From contig NC_043000.1 in assembly GCF_006345805.1 (NCBI RefSeq), positions 112,158,001 to 112,222,000 of the forward strand: 64,000 nt of DNA, written 5' to 3'. Under the pieces are notes generated by a model. The model did not search any database and was not told the DNA's origin. It was given only the letters and a program-made list of their open reading frames with translations. Below are positions 10,924 through 24,480 of this stretch, in pieces. The DNA comes from Octopus sinensis (Eukaryota). The first letter of the stretch is position 1. Each line of letters opens with the position of its first letter. The translations under genes and the position numbers were made by a program.

Positions 10924-13781
10924 AATATAAATGGGGAGTAGTTTGAAAGTGTTTGTACCTCTCCACAGTGACATTGTGATTGTTGTAAATGAATGCCATT
11001 CATTTTCAATATTCTGCAAAAACAATTTCTAGCCATGGAGAAATATTGCCCTGCTTTGATGCATGTAAGAGTCGGTGACAGGAAGGGCATCCCAATATAG
11101 AAAATCTGCCTCTATAATTTCCATCTAATGGAAAAGTAGACATTACAACAACGATGATCACACATACACACACACACACACCACACCACACCACTTCACT
11201 TCTGAGATTTTTCTCGTGTTCTTCATGCATTTTACCACTAGATATTTTAAGGTTTGATTCTCTTCCCTTAAAGACAGGAATTGATCATTCTGCTGAATTT
11301 CCACCGTACCAATGCCAACTGCCTGGTTCATTCACCCAGAAGTCTTCACTTTCTACATTCAAAACCTTCCCTTTGACTCTAGTCAAAAGCAACTTGGTGG
11401 GAGAGTGCCAGGCTAAGAAGACATTGTCAACCATTTATTCGGTGCCAAATGTGAAATCTTGAAACAGAATAAATTATCAAATTTCATCTGAAAAATTACC
11501 AAATAAGCACATTTATATTTCTTTCATGATTAAACACAATATTTAACATGTTCGTTTATAGCTAAAATTTGATATAAAACCGTAGCTACTGCCAGTCAGG
11601 GCATATACCATTATCACCATCACCACCCCCCATCATCATCGTCATCATCTGACCTCTTTTTCTATACTGGAAGGCTCTAGATAGGTATGTCACACTGCAT
11701 GCTACCACTTGTCTCAACATTTCCTCTGGGACCTAATGGGGATGTTGTCCCCATAATATGACAGCATCAATATTAACCAGCATGTTGGGTCTTGTTTTTA
11801 ACAAAATTCCAAACAAAATCTGGGGCTCTGTTTTTGATTTCTGCAGCATATTCTTTGTCAGAGACCAGTTGGTGTGACAGGAATAGTTGTGTCGGTTCAA
11901 ATACCTTTTAGTAGTTAGATTTCTTCCTTTGTGTTCTGAGTTCTAATCCTGCCAGAGTTAAAATTACATTTCACATATCCAGGGGTTTTCCCTTCCTATA
12001 ACTACACCACTATGGAGAAAACCATTTTCAGTCTGTTCCGTTCCTGACTCCTAGTCTTCAGTATTTCCTTACCACCATCTTAGTTCTTCCTTTCGGTTGG
12101 AATAACAGAGTCCTTCCAATCTGGTGCCTCATGAAGGCAGTAACATTGCCAGACTGTGGTTTCCTTCTCTCTTCAAAACAGTTATTAGTTGTTTGGCTTT
12201 GAAACTGTCTGCTAAATGTGGACCAACTTGTTTCTACTAATCCAAGCTGTTGCTGAGGCTTTTATTGTCTTTCTCGACATCAAAGCAACAACAGCCATAA
12301 CTACTCATATATTGGACTACTTGCTTTTTTTCTTTTTTGTTTTCTTCTTTCTTCTGACATTGAGAAAGTACAATTAAATCTTGCTGTGTTCTTCATTTTG
12401 TTCCTATTTCATTCTCAGAACTATTTTTTCCCTCAGACAACCAATATGAAGGCGTTTTTAGTTTTATTTATCCTTTTTGTTGTTCTTCCAGTACTTTCAT
12501 GCCAACTTGGATACCCAAACCATTTTAGTTGTTCTATTTCCATCTACCTAGGATGTGGTTGTAACAGCAGTAGTAGTGGTAGTGGTGGTGGTTGTAGAGA
12601 CACAGTGCTCCAGTGTTTAACTGTGATAGACTTGTGGTGTTGTGTTCTCTAACAGACTCCGATATTTTCCATTTTCAGTCTTTGGGTTACAGACAATAAA
12701 TCTCTTTTACTGGCTTCACCGGTTTCAGTCTTTGGATATTGGCCAGGAATCGGAGAACCACCTTCAAGAGTGGAGTCAATTATATCACTTCTGATATTCT
12801 GACTGGCACTTAGTTTATTAGTCTTGGAAGATTGAATTAAAAGTTGAATTTAGGTGAAATTTGCACTGAGATAATAAAGGGACCTAAATAAATAACCACA
12901 AGGTTGAATACTCAGCACCTCCTGACATCCACTGCCATACAAGAAATGTTGATGGTCACATGGAATATATTTAAATTCCTTGACAAAATCTCAATAATTC
13001 ATTCTTTGAAATAAAGCCACCTCGGGAAGTAAACTGACAAAAAGACAGCCATCATGTTTTCTTTTTGTTTAACTTCCATATTTCCATAATTGCATGAGTT
13101 AGATGAACACCTATTAGTGGAACATTGTTTTCCAGCCAGATGCCTTTCTTATCACCAACTCTCACCCATTCTTTAAATAAGGGAGTTTTCATTCCACTCA
13201 TCTTCAAAAGTGCAGGACTACTGGATGAAACCATACCTGGAGATCACTGGTGATTATGCGAGCATGGACATAAAATTTAATTGGTCATCACCACCACCGT
13301 TGCTGCTGCCATCATACTGGTAGCATGGGTTGGATAGGTCTGCAGTACAGTACATTTTTTCATTATCCTATCTTTTAGGTTCAAAATCTTCAAACTCAAC
13401 AGGTTTGCTTCCCAACCTCATGATTTGGGGTTTAGTTCCATTGTTGGACGTCTTGGGCAAGTATCTTCTGCTACTACCTCAGGCAGATTTGCTACACAGA
13501 AATCAAAAGAAGCCAGTCTCACACACAGTTCACCCAGCTGTCTTGAAGTGATATCAGGTCCCTGTCATAGATTGGGGTCTTTTCCAGGTGGGGGAGAGAG
13601 CAATTTACCCTTCTCTCTGGGACAGAGCATATTCTATATTGCTCATGTGAACCTAGTTGTTGCTAGGTAGACATACCTGATCACATGCAGAATGTTATTT
13701 AGAACAGACTGGTGTCCTATGCAGGTTGAAATCTGTTTCATGTTCTCTTCACACCATGGGACCAAATGTAAATGGTCTCAC

Positions 13782-14003
13782 TTAACCCTTTTGATACCAA
13801 ACTGTCTAAGACCACCCCGCCCCAGTTCTATGATACAAACTTCCTGTTTTAAAGTGATCTAAATTCAAATCTCTCTTTCAAAATTTCATGTCAATATATG
13901 TTCCAAGCACCAACTCAATAACTACAAAATTATTCTACTGAATTCTTCATTATTTCCAAATCAAATTGAAACAAAAGCAGGAATATGGTAGCAAAAGGGT
14001 TAA
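13782..14003. mobile_element. piggyBac-like MITE
   Basis: TTAA|CCCTTTTG ... CAAAAGGG|TTAA termini. Confidence 0.75.
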
Positions 14004-14399
14004 ATCATGTATTCCAATCTTCCAGGACATTTACCAAATCTTATTCAACCACAAGACAGCTACAAACTAATTCTTCTTTGTTCATATTTCTATTTGGACT
14101 ATTTGAGAATTCTGTTCCTGCTCTATTCTCCACTTACATTTTTGATATTTTTAACTTGGCCTTCTTAATGGCCCAATCAATTTCCAGATCAATATTCTTG
14201 TCTGAATGTTATTGATGACTTTGCATTTTTTTATTTTATTGTTATTTTAATTGTTTATTTCCTGTTCTGTTCTTTAATTATTGATATAATTTTCCATAAA
14301 TTTCAGTTATTTTCTTGATATGTCACACACTATTGAGACTGTCTTATATTTTTTTATACTAATACTTATAAGCAGTTACTATTATTAGTGACATTTCAT

Positions 14400-14812
14400 C
14401 TGTCTGTGTGTTCTGAGTTCAAATTCTACCAAGGTCGACTTTGCCTTTCATTATTTCAGGATCAATAAATTAAATACCAGTGAAACACTGAGGTCGATTA
14501 CATCGCCTAGTCCCCTGCCCACAAATTCAGGACTTGTGCTTATAGTAGAAAGGATAGTTTATTATTATTATTATTAGTAGTAGTAGTAGTAAGGCAGTGA
14601 GCTGGCAGAATTGTTAGCACGCCAGGCGAAATGCTTAGTGGTATTTCATCTGCAGTTACGTTCTGAGTTCAAATTCCGCTGAGGTCGACTTTGCCTCTTA
14701 TTCTTTCAGGGTCAATAAAATTAGTACCAGTTATGCACTGGAGTCGATGTAATTGACTTAATTCCTTCCCCAAAATTTGAGGTCTTGTGCTTCCAGTAGA
14801 AAGGGTTATTAT
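14400..14812 (+). mobile_element. Two tandem SINE family A units
   Basis: Cores near 14411 and 14661, separated by a (TTA/TAG)n tail. Confidence 0.8.
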
Positions 14813-16679
14813 TAGTGAATATTGCTGGTAGAACAACCGATAAACTGCCATCAGTATTTAGTTTTATCATTTTTCATCATCATCATATGTCCGTTTTCCA
14901 TGTTGGCATGGGTTGGACAGTTTGATGGAGGTCTGGAAAGCCAATGCTGCACCAGGCTCCAGTCTGATCTGGCATTGTTTCTACAGCTGGATGCCCTTCC
15001 TAACACCAACCACTCTGAGAGTGTAGTGGGTGCCTTTTATGGGCCTGGCATCGATCACATTTGGATGTTGCCTTTTATGTGCCACCGGCACAGGAACCAG
15101 TCAGAGGGCACCGGCATCGGCCAGGTTTGAGTGGTGCTTTTTATGTGCCACCGGCACAGGATCCAGTCAGGCAGCCCTGGCATCAACTCTGTCAGTTGCT
15201 CGTTCCTTTCATTCTTCCACTGAGCAATACAAGTACCAGTCATGTAATGGGTTGATATTATCGACTATATTTCCTTTCCCTTACACATTTGCAGGAGCTA
15301 GTTCTTCCGTAAAGAGCCATTATTTCTATTGATTGATACAAAATTTCCTATCTGTTCAATATTTTCAATATATATAAGATGTCTCTGTGTGTACATGTGT
15401 GTGTTTATATATATATATATACATATAGATATACTTCCTTCAGTCATTAGACTGTGGCCATGCTGGAGCACCACTGTGAAGAAATTTTAGTCAAACAAAT
15501 CAAACCCAGTATCTGTGTTTTTTTAATTAAATCTGGTACTTATTCTATCAGCCTCTTTTGCCGAAGTGCTAAGTCACAGGGGCATAAACATACCAATACT
15601 AGTTGTCAAGCAGTGGTGCCATGCGCTGGAACTGAACCTGGAACCATGTGGTTGGAAAGCAAACTTCTTACCACACACACACATACACACACACATCTCT
15701 CAACAGAGTTAAATATAGAAAGTGAACAGTCTTAAATATAGATATATTGATTATTTGTCAGTCTTGGCTGGTTGTACTACAAGACAATTCCTCACTAAAT
15801 ATAGAACCGTTTTTCAATTCTCCTGCATCACTTATGTTGTTATCCCACATCATATCGTCCTGTACTCTCACCAATATTTTATAAACCCTTTAGGGGCTAA
15901 TAAAACACTATTATTATTCAAACTTGTGTCCGAATGTGGCTGACACCAGTGCCCCCAGACTGGCTCCCATGACAGTGGCACAAAAAAAGCATTCCCCTCT
16001 CTCTCTTTCGGAGAGGCACTGAGCAGCTATACGCACACATACACACACGGCAGTAACTTCCACCTACTGAATTCAATCACAAAGCTCCGGTCGGCTCAGG
16101 GCTATAGTGGAAGACACCTACCCAAAGTGCCACGCAGTGGGACTGAACCCGAAACCATGTAGCTAGGAAGCAAGCTCCCTAACCACACAGCCATGCCCGC
16201 GCCTACTTTATCCAAACATAATTAATGCCAGGCCCACCTGACTGGCTCCTATGCCAGTGGCATGTAAAAACACACCCACTACACTTTCAGGGTGGTTGGC
16301 GTTAGGAAGGGCATCCAGCTGTAGAAACATTGCCAGATCAGACTGGAGCCTAAAACCCTAACCCCTTAAAGCTAAAACCAGTACAAACGCATGAATTATT
16401 TCATAAATAACAGTGACAAACAAAATATACACTGCCGGAAGTTGTTGTTGACAAATAATGGCAGTAATTTTATTCAGCTGAATACATGTCATTGATTGGT
16501 TGACATTACCAAAATACGACAACTTTAACACGAAATAACTTTGTAAATATAAACTTTTCTCAAAAACGCTAAGAGTAAAAGATGTTTTATATGACACATT
16601 CTACCAGTGTCCGAAGAGTGAAAGTGTTTAGTGACAAAAAAATTAATTTCTCGATCTGCCATTCAAAGGGAAAAGATTC

Positions 16680-16890
16680 GAAAGGACAATAGATGGAACA
16701 GCAAATTGATAGAGCGGACACCATGTCCAGAAAAAAGATGGAGGTGGGAGGAGACCATGTAGAAGTTGGAATGAAGACTTTGTTAAATACTTTGGCATCG
16801 AAATACGGATGAAGAAAACATCAGACTGTGGTTGGTGGAGAAAAGATGCTGAGGCCATTGTCCAGCTGTGGACTGAACATGTACAGGGAT
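16680..16890 (+). mobile_element. RTE LINE 3' remnant
   Basis: Frameshifted WNSKLIERTPCPEKR / GGRPCRSWNEDFVKYFG...EAIVQLWT, resembling the RTE ORF C-terminus (GRP..RW.D...EA..QQW). Confidence 0.55.
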
Positions 16891-17600
16891 GATGGAACTG
16901 ATCCTCATCTTAAACAACACAAAATACTGCTTTTGTTGGTCAACAAAAGATTATGTGCTGTATGAAAGCAAGGTTCACATTGGTTCTTATCTTTTACCTG
17001 TTTCAGTCATTGGAGCGCGGCCATGCTGGGGCACTGCCTTGAAAGGTTTTAGCTGAACAAATCGACATCTTCCAGCACTTGTTTTCATTCACAAGTTTGT
17101 CATGTATTCTGTTGTTCTCTTTTGCCAAACAGCTAAGTTGCAGGGACATAAACAAACCAACAACAGTTGTCAACAGTTGCCACAAGGGAAATTCTACCTC
17201 ATGAGAGGCTATAATTGTTGTTTCTGCTAAAGTATTGACTACAAACTAATTTCACAAGCTGTTTTTAGTATCATTAATCTGGGGAGGGATAAAGTTTCCA
17301 GCTGTTATTTTTAGTGATTTGTCATTTATGCATAAGCTAAGCCATAACACCACGACTATTACTATAAGTTTTCTTGGATGTATCTACATGATGGGCTTCC
17401 ATACAGGTTTTTTGTCTAACAAATTCACTTGCAAGGCATTGATTGGCCCAGGGCTACAGTACAAGACCCTTGCCCAAGGTGCAGTGCAGTGGGACTGAAC
17501 CCAAAACCAAATTGTGTCAAAGTGATTGTTTCTGTTGACAAGTTACAAATGTGGTACCTGTGTTTGATCTAGGAATGTCTGTGTTATCGACACCATGTGA

Positions 17601-17870
17601 AAAGCACCTGTGCTGGTGTCACGTAAGATGCACCCAGCCCATACTGGTGCCACATAATGAGCACCTGTGCCAGTGTGATGCGGAAGGCACCAACATCAGC
17701 AGCATATTGAAATGCATCAATACCTGCACCACATTGAAAGCACTTGTACTGGGACTACGTAAAAAGCGCCCATGCTGGAGCCATGTAAAAAAGGGGGATC
17801 TGTGCTGGAGCCATGTAAAAAACAACCAGTACACTCTGTAAAGTGGTTGGCATTAGGAAGAGCATTCAGT
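17601..17870 (+). mobile_element. Family B variant, left member of an inverted pair
   Basis: Core GTGGTTGGCATTAGGAAG; near-identical in reverse to 18117-18334. Confidence 0.7.
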
Positions 17871-18049
17871 CTTCAACTTTATTGCCTCTCCAACAAAGCA
17901 TACGCACTCCTCACTTGCAGATAGCATCACTGTCATGTTCTCCCACTGTTTCCCTCCCCCGTATAATCTTGTTCTACTCCTACTCTCAACAAATAAACTA
18001 AAAGCAACACATTAACAGAAACACCAGAGGCTATCAAATACCAACAACC

Positions 18050-18334
18050 CTGACACTCATGCTGGCCTGGGTGGGACAGTTTGACTGGAGCTGGCAAGGC
18101 TGGTGGGCATCCAAAAACTGGATGCCCTTCCTAAAGCCAACCACTTTACAAAGTGTACTGGGTACTTTTTACATGGATCCAGCACAGATCCCCCTTTTTT
18201 ACATGGCTCCAGCATGGGCGCTTTTTACATGGTCCCAGTACAAGTGTTTTCAATGTGGTGCAGGTATGGATGCTTTTTGATATGCTGCTGATGTGGGTGC
18301 CTTCCGCATCATACTGGCACAGGTGCTCATTGTG
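18050..18334 (-). mobile_element. Family B variant, right member of an inverted pair
   Basis: Reverse complement of core plus the same atypical internal segment as 17651-17870. Confidence 0.7.
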
Positions 18335-18394
18335 TTCTAAGTTCAGTTTAGTTGCTTCCACTGTATAACTGGTATAAGAGAAATAGATGCAGAT

Positions 18395-18638
18395 GAGCTG
18401 GTGGCGGGCTGGCAGAAATATTAATGTGACGGGTGAAATGCTTAGCGGTATTTCGTCTGCCGTAATGTTCTAAGTTCAAATTTCACCGAGGTCGACTTTG
18501 CCTTTTATCCTTTCGGGGTCGATGAATTAAGTACCAGTTACACACTGGGGTCGATGTAATCGACTTAATCCCTTTGTCTGTGCTTGTTTGTCCCCCTCTA
18601 TGTTTAGCCCCTTGTGGGCAATAAAGAAATAAGAAATA
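18395..18638 (+). mobile_element. SINE family A copy
   Basis: GCTGGCAGAA head, core, and TTGTCTGTGCTTGTTTGTCC 3' part. Confidence 0.8.
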
Positions 18639-21504
18639 GATGCAGACAGTGGGGAGAATTCTACTCCAGATTGCAACCATTGACCACTGCATGTCAGAAT
18701 GTGCAGTTTGGTCGTCCTCAACTGGACAACGTGTCAAGAATGATAAATTCTGGATCACTCTTATGGCATCTTCCGATTGACAAACTCCACATTACAGGTT
18801 TGCTCTGTCAGATATTACCTGAACCAAAGGTTAAACACCACCACCAACTGCCCGCCCCCCTGTACCACCACAATACACCCCCACCACTACACCACACTAC
18901 TGTCAATAGCCACAACTTGTCCTTCATTCTATTCGTAGCTGCTTATATAACTGCAGGTGTGTGTATGTTTCTTTGAGTTTGTGTATATAAAACTACATAT
19001 GAACACACATACATACATACAATTTCAGCTCAGTGCATGTACAGGTATTGTGTGTGTGTCTATGTACTTTAAAGTACACCTAGTGACCTATTGAGATTAA
19101 TATATGTACTCTCCTTTCTCTCCCTCCATCACTCACCCTTTTTACTTCTCCAGCTTTCTTCATCTCTCTTTCTCTCCTTCACTCCTTCTCTCCCTCCTCT
19201 GATCTTCTATAACCAAACAGCAATGCTCTTATTGGTAGTGGTGGTCATGGTGACTGTACACTTGAAGCATTTCGGCTGATTGCCGCTCTAATGATAGTGC
19301 TACTGGCTATAGCGGTTGCAGTAATGACGATGATGATGATGATGCTTTTGGTGGTGGTAGTAGTAGTGGTGGTGGTGGCGGTGGCTGCAGTAGGTTTGGC
19401 TACAGGAATCTTGATACAGTCAATATTTCCACTGACAAATTTACACTGATTGTGTACTTGCGTATGTTGATGTGTGTGTGTGTATTAGTATACCTGTATA
19501 TGTTGATTTGTGTCATAATGTTTATGTATATGTTTGTCTGTGTGTGTGTGTGCGTGTATATATGATAGTGTGTCTGTGTTGTCATTGTCTGTGACGGTGT
19601 GTGTGTGTGTGTTAGTATTTATTTATTTTGGGAAGTGTTGGTGATGTGACTATGTATTGGTATGTGTGTGCGCATGTATTTGATAGTGTTTGTGTATACG
19701 TATGCTTGTGTGTGTGTGAGGTTTTCTAAGTTGGATGTTGTAGGCTCCTGCCAATTTATCTTGTGGAAGAGATGAAGGCAAAGTAGAATGTATCATTGTG
19801 GGTGGAGGAAACTAAAAAGAGAGAGAGAGAGTGAGTCAAGATTTTAAGGAGAAGGTCAGTTGGAGGAGAGAATAAAAGATGTAATGAAGCATGTTGGTAC
19901 AGGACTCTGTCTACCTGTTTTGTGTGGGGAGAGAGAGAGAATGAGAGAGAGAGAGAGAGAGTGTGAGAGTGAGATGATACAGATGTGTGTGTGTGTGTCC
20001 GTGCATGAATGGAACATAATACAATTGTCCAATACAATGTGATATATTAATAAATAATGCACTAAATTTTGTTTTATTAATTAATTAATTTATTTATTTA
20101 TTTGTTTTTTTTTACTATTTGAAATGAAATGTCAACCTCTTTTCGTAAACGTACAATTTTAGCCTCAATGTGAAAAGAAATAATGGTTATGGCATATTTC
20201 TTTTCTTTTCTTTTTTGGCTCTGTGAAAAGAAGATGGATATTCCTTTTCTTTTGATGAAGGTCTAAAAAGACTAGAAACTGTCTGAATTTGAATTTTTCT
20301 GTTCTTTGAGAGATAAAAATGTGGTGTAGCCACTTTCTGACAAGAAGTGTACATTTATCAAAAAATGGTGTGTGTGTGCATACAACTGGGCCTTTCACTG
20401 AATTTCTTTCTCCAAACACCTTTACCATCCATCATTTCTCTAACTGCAACTTTTTCTTCATGCCAATAATCTTTCTCACTGCCTGGAACCGGCCCACTTC
20501 ATATCCATCCTTAATACTGTCTTCTTCACCCACATTTTACATTGATCGTCCTGTTTATTATCTTTACTGTTCAGCTATTCATCCCACGCGTCATTGCTTA
20601 CCTCACCCTTTATCCATCAGTCACTACATGCACCTCCTCACTCCTCCTCCACTACACACTCACCCCTCCCCACAGACTCCTACTCACCTCATATTTTCAG
20701 GGTCCACCCAAACATCTCATCATAACTATTTTTATCTCTTTCTATTTCCATCTTCATCACTCTCCCCCCCCCCACTTTCCTTCTAAAATGTGAGACACTA
20801 TGTGGCCCATTTTCAGCAAGAAACCTGCCCCCCCCTCCACTTTGCTCATTCTTCAACCCCCTTCATCCTAATACTACTTCTCTCACGGTTTGTAGTCTTG
20901 CGAGCTGCATGGTGACCTCACTAATACTGGTGCCACAAAAAAGAAAGCTCCCAGTACACATTGTGCTGTTAGGAGGGGCATCCAGCTGTAGAAACCATGC
21001 CAAAGCAGACATTGGAGCACAATGCAGTCCTTGGAGCCATCAGATCCTTGTCAAACTGTCAGATCCATGGAGATTTTTAAAGCCATTAGCACACTGGGCG
21101 AAATGCTTATCAGTATTTCGTCTGCTGCTACATTCTGAGTTCAAATTCCGCCGAGGTCAACTTTGCCTTTCATCCTTTCAGGGTTGATAAATTAAGTACC
21201 AGTTATGCACTGGGGGTCAATATAATTGTCTGTCCTTGTTTGTCCTCTCTGTGTTTAGCCCCTTGTGGGTAGTAAAGAAATAGGTTATTAAGGGTGTCTG
21301 CTAGCACATAAGGAGTATTAGCTGAGGCCTTAGTCATATCAGCTGGGGTGTTAGGGGTATCGTTTAGAATATTGGCAGTATGAGCTAGGAGATCAGGAGG
21401 ACCAGCTGGAGCATCTGAGATTTATCAGATGACACATTAAGACTATCAATTGCTGTTTGACAAAGAATCTCTTTGGACATGTAATGTGTGTTGGGTATAG
21501 ATGT

Positions 21505-21790
21505 AAGAGGCTGCGAGCTGGCAGAAACATTAGCACGCCGGGCGAAATGCGTAGCCGTATTTCGTCTGCTGCTACGTTCTGAGTTCAAATTCTGCCGAGG
21601 TCGACTTTGCCTTTCATCGTTTCGGGGTCGATTAAATAAAGTATCAGTTATGCACTGGGGTCGATGTAATCGCCTTAATCAGTTTGTCTGTCCTTGTTTG
21701 TCCTCTCTGTGTTTAGCCCCTTGTGGGTAGTAAAGAAATAGGTATTTGATCTGTCTTTACTTTCTAAATAGTAAAGAAATAGGTATAAAT
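21505..21790 (+). mobile_element. SINE family A, well-preserved copy
   Basis: GAGCTGGCAGAAACATTAGCACGCCGGGCGAAATGCGTAGCC head with CpGs retained; a second copy lies at about 21086-21285. Confidence 0.85.
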
Positions 21791-21944
21791 GTAAGAAGGA
21801 CGCTGTGGTAGAGGTAAGATTAAACAAGGATCGAGAAGAAGGGATCAGGTTAGATCTTCAGATGTCGGATGTCACAGAGATGACAACATAAGATGTTGCA
21901 GGGATCTTCCGACACCATTGTGTAATGGCTGTCATAACAATAAT

Positions 21945-22248
21945 GGTGAAGGCATGTGGCCTAGTGGTTAGAAATATTCAGCCCATGATCACAAGGTCTT
22001 GAGTTCGATACCCAGCAACATGTTGTGTCCTTGAGCAAGTTGCTTTATTTCACGTTGCTCAAGTGGTACCTGTATTTCAAAGGGCCAGCCTTGTTACATT
22101 CCATATCAAGCTGAATCTCCCTGAGAACTACATTAAGGGTGTAAAATTGTCTGTGGAGTACTCAGCCACATGCGTGTTAATTTCGAAAGCAGGCTGTTCA
22201 GTTGATTGGATCAACTCGAATCCTCATCGTCCTAATTGATTGAGTGCA
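21945..22248 (+). mobile_element. tRNA-derived SINE family D
   Basis: Pol III A box (TGGCCTAGTGG) and B box (GAGTTCGATACC), then TGTGTCCTTGAGCAAG. Related copies at 35386-35758 (+), 43075-43290 (-) and 48474-48800 (+). Confidence 0.75.
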
Positions 22249-22258
22249 GGTTTACAAT

Positions 22259-22305
22259 AATGCTGCTGCTGCTGATGATGATGATGGTGGTGGTGGTGGT
22301 GGTGG

Positions 22306-22339
<34 letters not shown>

Positions 22340-22380
22340 GTGGTGATGATGATGATGATGATGATGGTGGTGGTGATGAT
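22259..22380. repeat. Compound (GCT)(GAT)(GGT)n microsatellite
   Basis: Directly visible. Confidence 0.95.
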
Positions 22381-22737
22381 TCTCTCACAGCTCCCCAATC
22401 CCTCCAGCGTTGGTCTACCTTCTCTTATTGATCAACCATTCTCTTCATGTCTCTACACCAAGTGTTCTGCCAGTTTATCTCCACTTCCTTCCACCCTCCT
22501 CCTCCACACAACACTGCAGTATTGCACAACTCCCCCACCCCACCCACCCCCATCCTGTCTCTTTCCTCTTGTTTCTATTATTTCTGCCTGTCTGTCCTTT
22601 CAAGTCAAGGAAATAAGCCGTGAGTCATCCAAATTGATAATGCAACGCATACATTTGTGTGTGTGTGTGTTTATATACATATATTCATATTGATATACAC
22701 GTGTGTGTGTGTGTGTGTGTCGATGTATATGTATTCT

Positions 22738-23111
22738 TTTGTTCTTTTACTTGTTTCAGCCATGTGACTGTGGCCATGCTGGAGCACCACCTTTAGTTGA
22801 GCAAATCAACCCCAGGACTTATTCTTTGTTAGCCTAGTACTTATTTTATCGGTTCCTTTTTCCGAACTGCTAAGTTACGGGGACATAAACACACCAGCAT
22901 CGGTTGTCAAGTGATGTTGTGGAGACATACACACACACACACACATATAAACGGGCTTCTTTCAGTTTCCATCTACCAAATCCATTCACAAGGCTTTGGT
23001 CAGCCCGAGGCTATAGTAGAAAACGCTTGCCCAAGGTGCCACACAGTGGGACTGAACCCAGAACCATGTTGTTGGTAAGCAAGCTACTTTCCACACAGCC
23101 ACTCCTACACC
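22738..23111 (-). mobile_element. tRNA-derived SINE family C, near full length
   Basis: The minus strand begins with a tRNA-like head (GGCTGTGTGG...GGGTTCAGTCCCACTG) followed by CACCTTGGGCAAG(T/C)G. Other copies at about 119-267, 15432-15675, 26082-26240 (+) and 41955-42303. Confidence 0.8.
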
Positions 23112-24014
23112 TATATTATATAGATATATTTGTGTGTGCATTATATGTATACATGTACCTATTTATATTTGTAATATATATACATATTTATATGTATATG
23201 TATATACATATATGTACGTGTCTTCATTGACCTAGCTCAACTGCACCTATGTTCTCCCATCTTTACTCAACTCTTATCCTTCGTTACAAACTCATCATGT
23301 CTCTCTTGTACATATACCAAATGACATTTCAAATGTCTCACCTGTAATACCAACAGCTTTCCCACGACTCTACACCTGTTGCCTACCTTTACCAAATAAG
23401 GTAATATTTCCCTATTACCAGACATGTATGCACAGAAAATTAGAAATGGACTCCACTTGCATCACAACTATAATGTGATGTCAAGAGAAGGAGACAGCAC
23501 ACTCATGCACTCTCATACATGTGTGTGTGTGTGTAATTACATTACATACATATTTAAGTCACAGTATTAACCAAGAAGACCATCAGATGCTGTTAAACAC
23601 TGCTGGTCACAATGCGCTTCCAATTCTGTCTTGATTGTACCATTCTTTTCCATCTTGAACCAAATCGCTTAACTAAATCGTCTTCCCACCACCATCATTG
23701 TGGAGGCCTTCCTAGTTGCCTTTCCTAATCTCTTGGATGCCATTTGGCAACTGGTGGGGGTAGGGTCCACCTGTTGTCTGTGAGACTTGTGACATGTCCA
23801 GCCCAGTGGAACTTGTGCTTTTGGTATTCTGCACTCACATCTTGCACTCAACCCCATTCTCGAATTATCTCATTTTCAATATGCTCTTATAAGGAAATTC
23901 CAGTCATGGACCCTTCCATGGCCCTTTGTGTTGTAGCCGATTGATGTTCTATCCTCTTTGTAGTAGCCCACATCTTACTTACATATCAATTAAAATGCAT
24001 GTAGAAAACTGCTA

Positions 24015-24230
24015 TTAACCCTTTCAATACAAACCTGGCTGAAACCAGCTCTGGCTCTGTAGTACAAATGTCTTGTTTTCAAAAGTTCTGAATTAAAACC
24101 TTAGTCACAATTTATGTTCCTAACACTAGCTTAATGATAACTAAGTTATTTTACCAAATTCTTTCTTAGATCTTAAATTAATCGAAAGAAACAGAGCATC
24201 TCAACAGAAATATGGTAGCAAAAGGGTTAA
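24015..24230. mobile_element. piggyBac-like MITE, copy 1 of a tandem pair
   Basis: TTAA|CCCTTT ... AAAGGG|TTAA termini; highly similar to 24254-24480. Confidence 0.8.
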
Positions 24231-24253
24231 AATATATAAAAGAGAAACAATTC

Positions 24254-24480
24254 TTAACCCTTTTGTTACCAACCCAACTGAAACTGCCTCTGGCTCTGTA
24301 GTACCAATGTGTTGTTTTCAAAAGTTCTGAATTAAAATCTTCCACCAAACCTTAGTCACAATTTATGTTCCTAACACCAGCTTCATGATAACTAAGTTGT
24401 TTTACTAAGTTCTTTGTTATATTTAAAATTAATTGAAAGAAACAGGCATCTCAACAGGAATTTGGTAACAGAAGGGTTAA
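24254..24480. mobile_element. piggyBac-like MITE, copy 2 of a tandem pair
   Basis: TTAA|CCCTT ... AAGGG|TTAA termini. Confidence 0.8.

Noticed and set aside
21945-22020. tRNA-like A/B boxes (also 35386, 48474 and family C heads)
   Set aside because: No complete cloverleaf, and they continue into SINE bodies; these are SINE heads, not tRNA genes.
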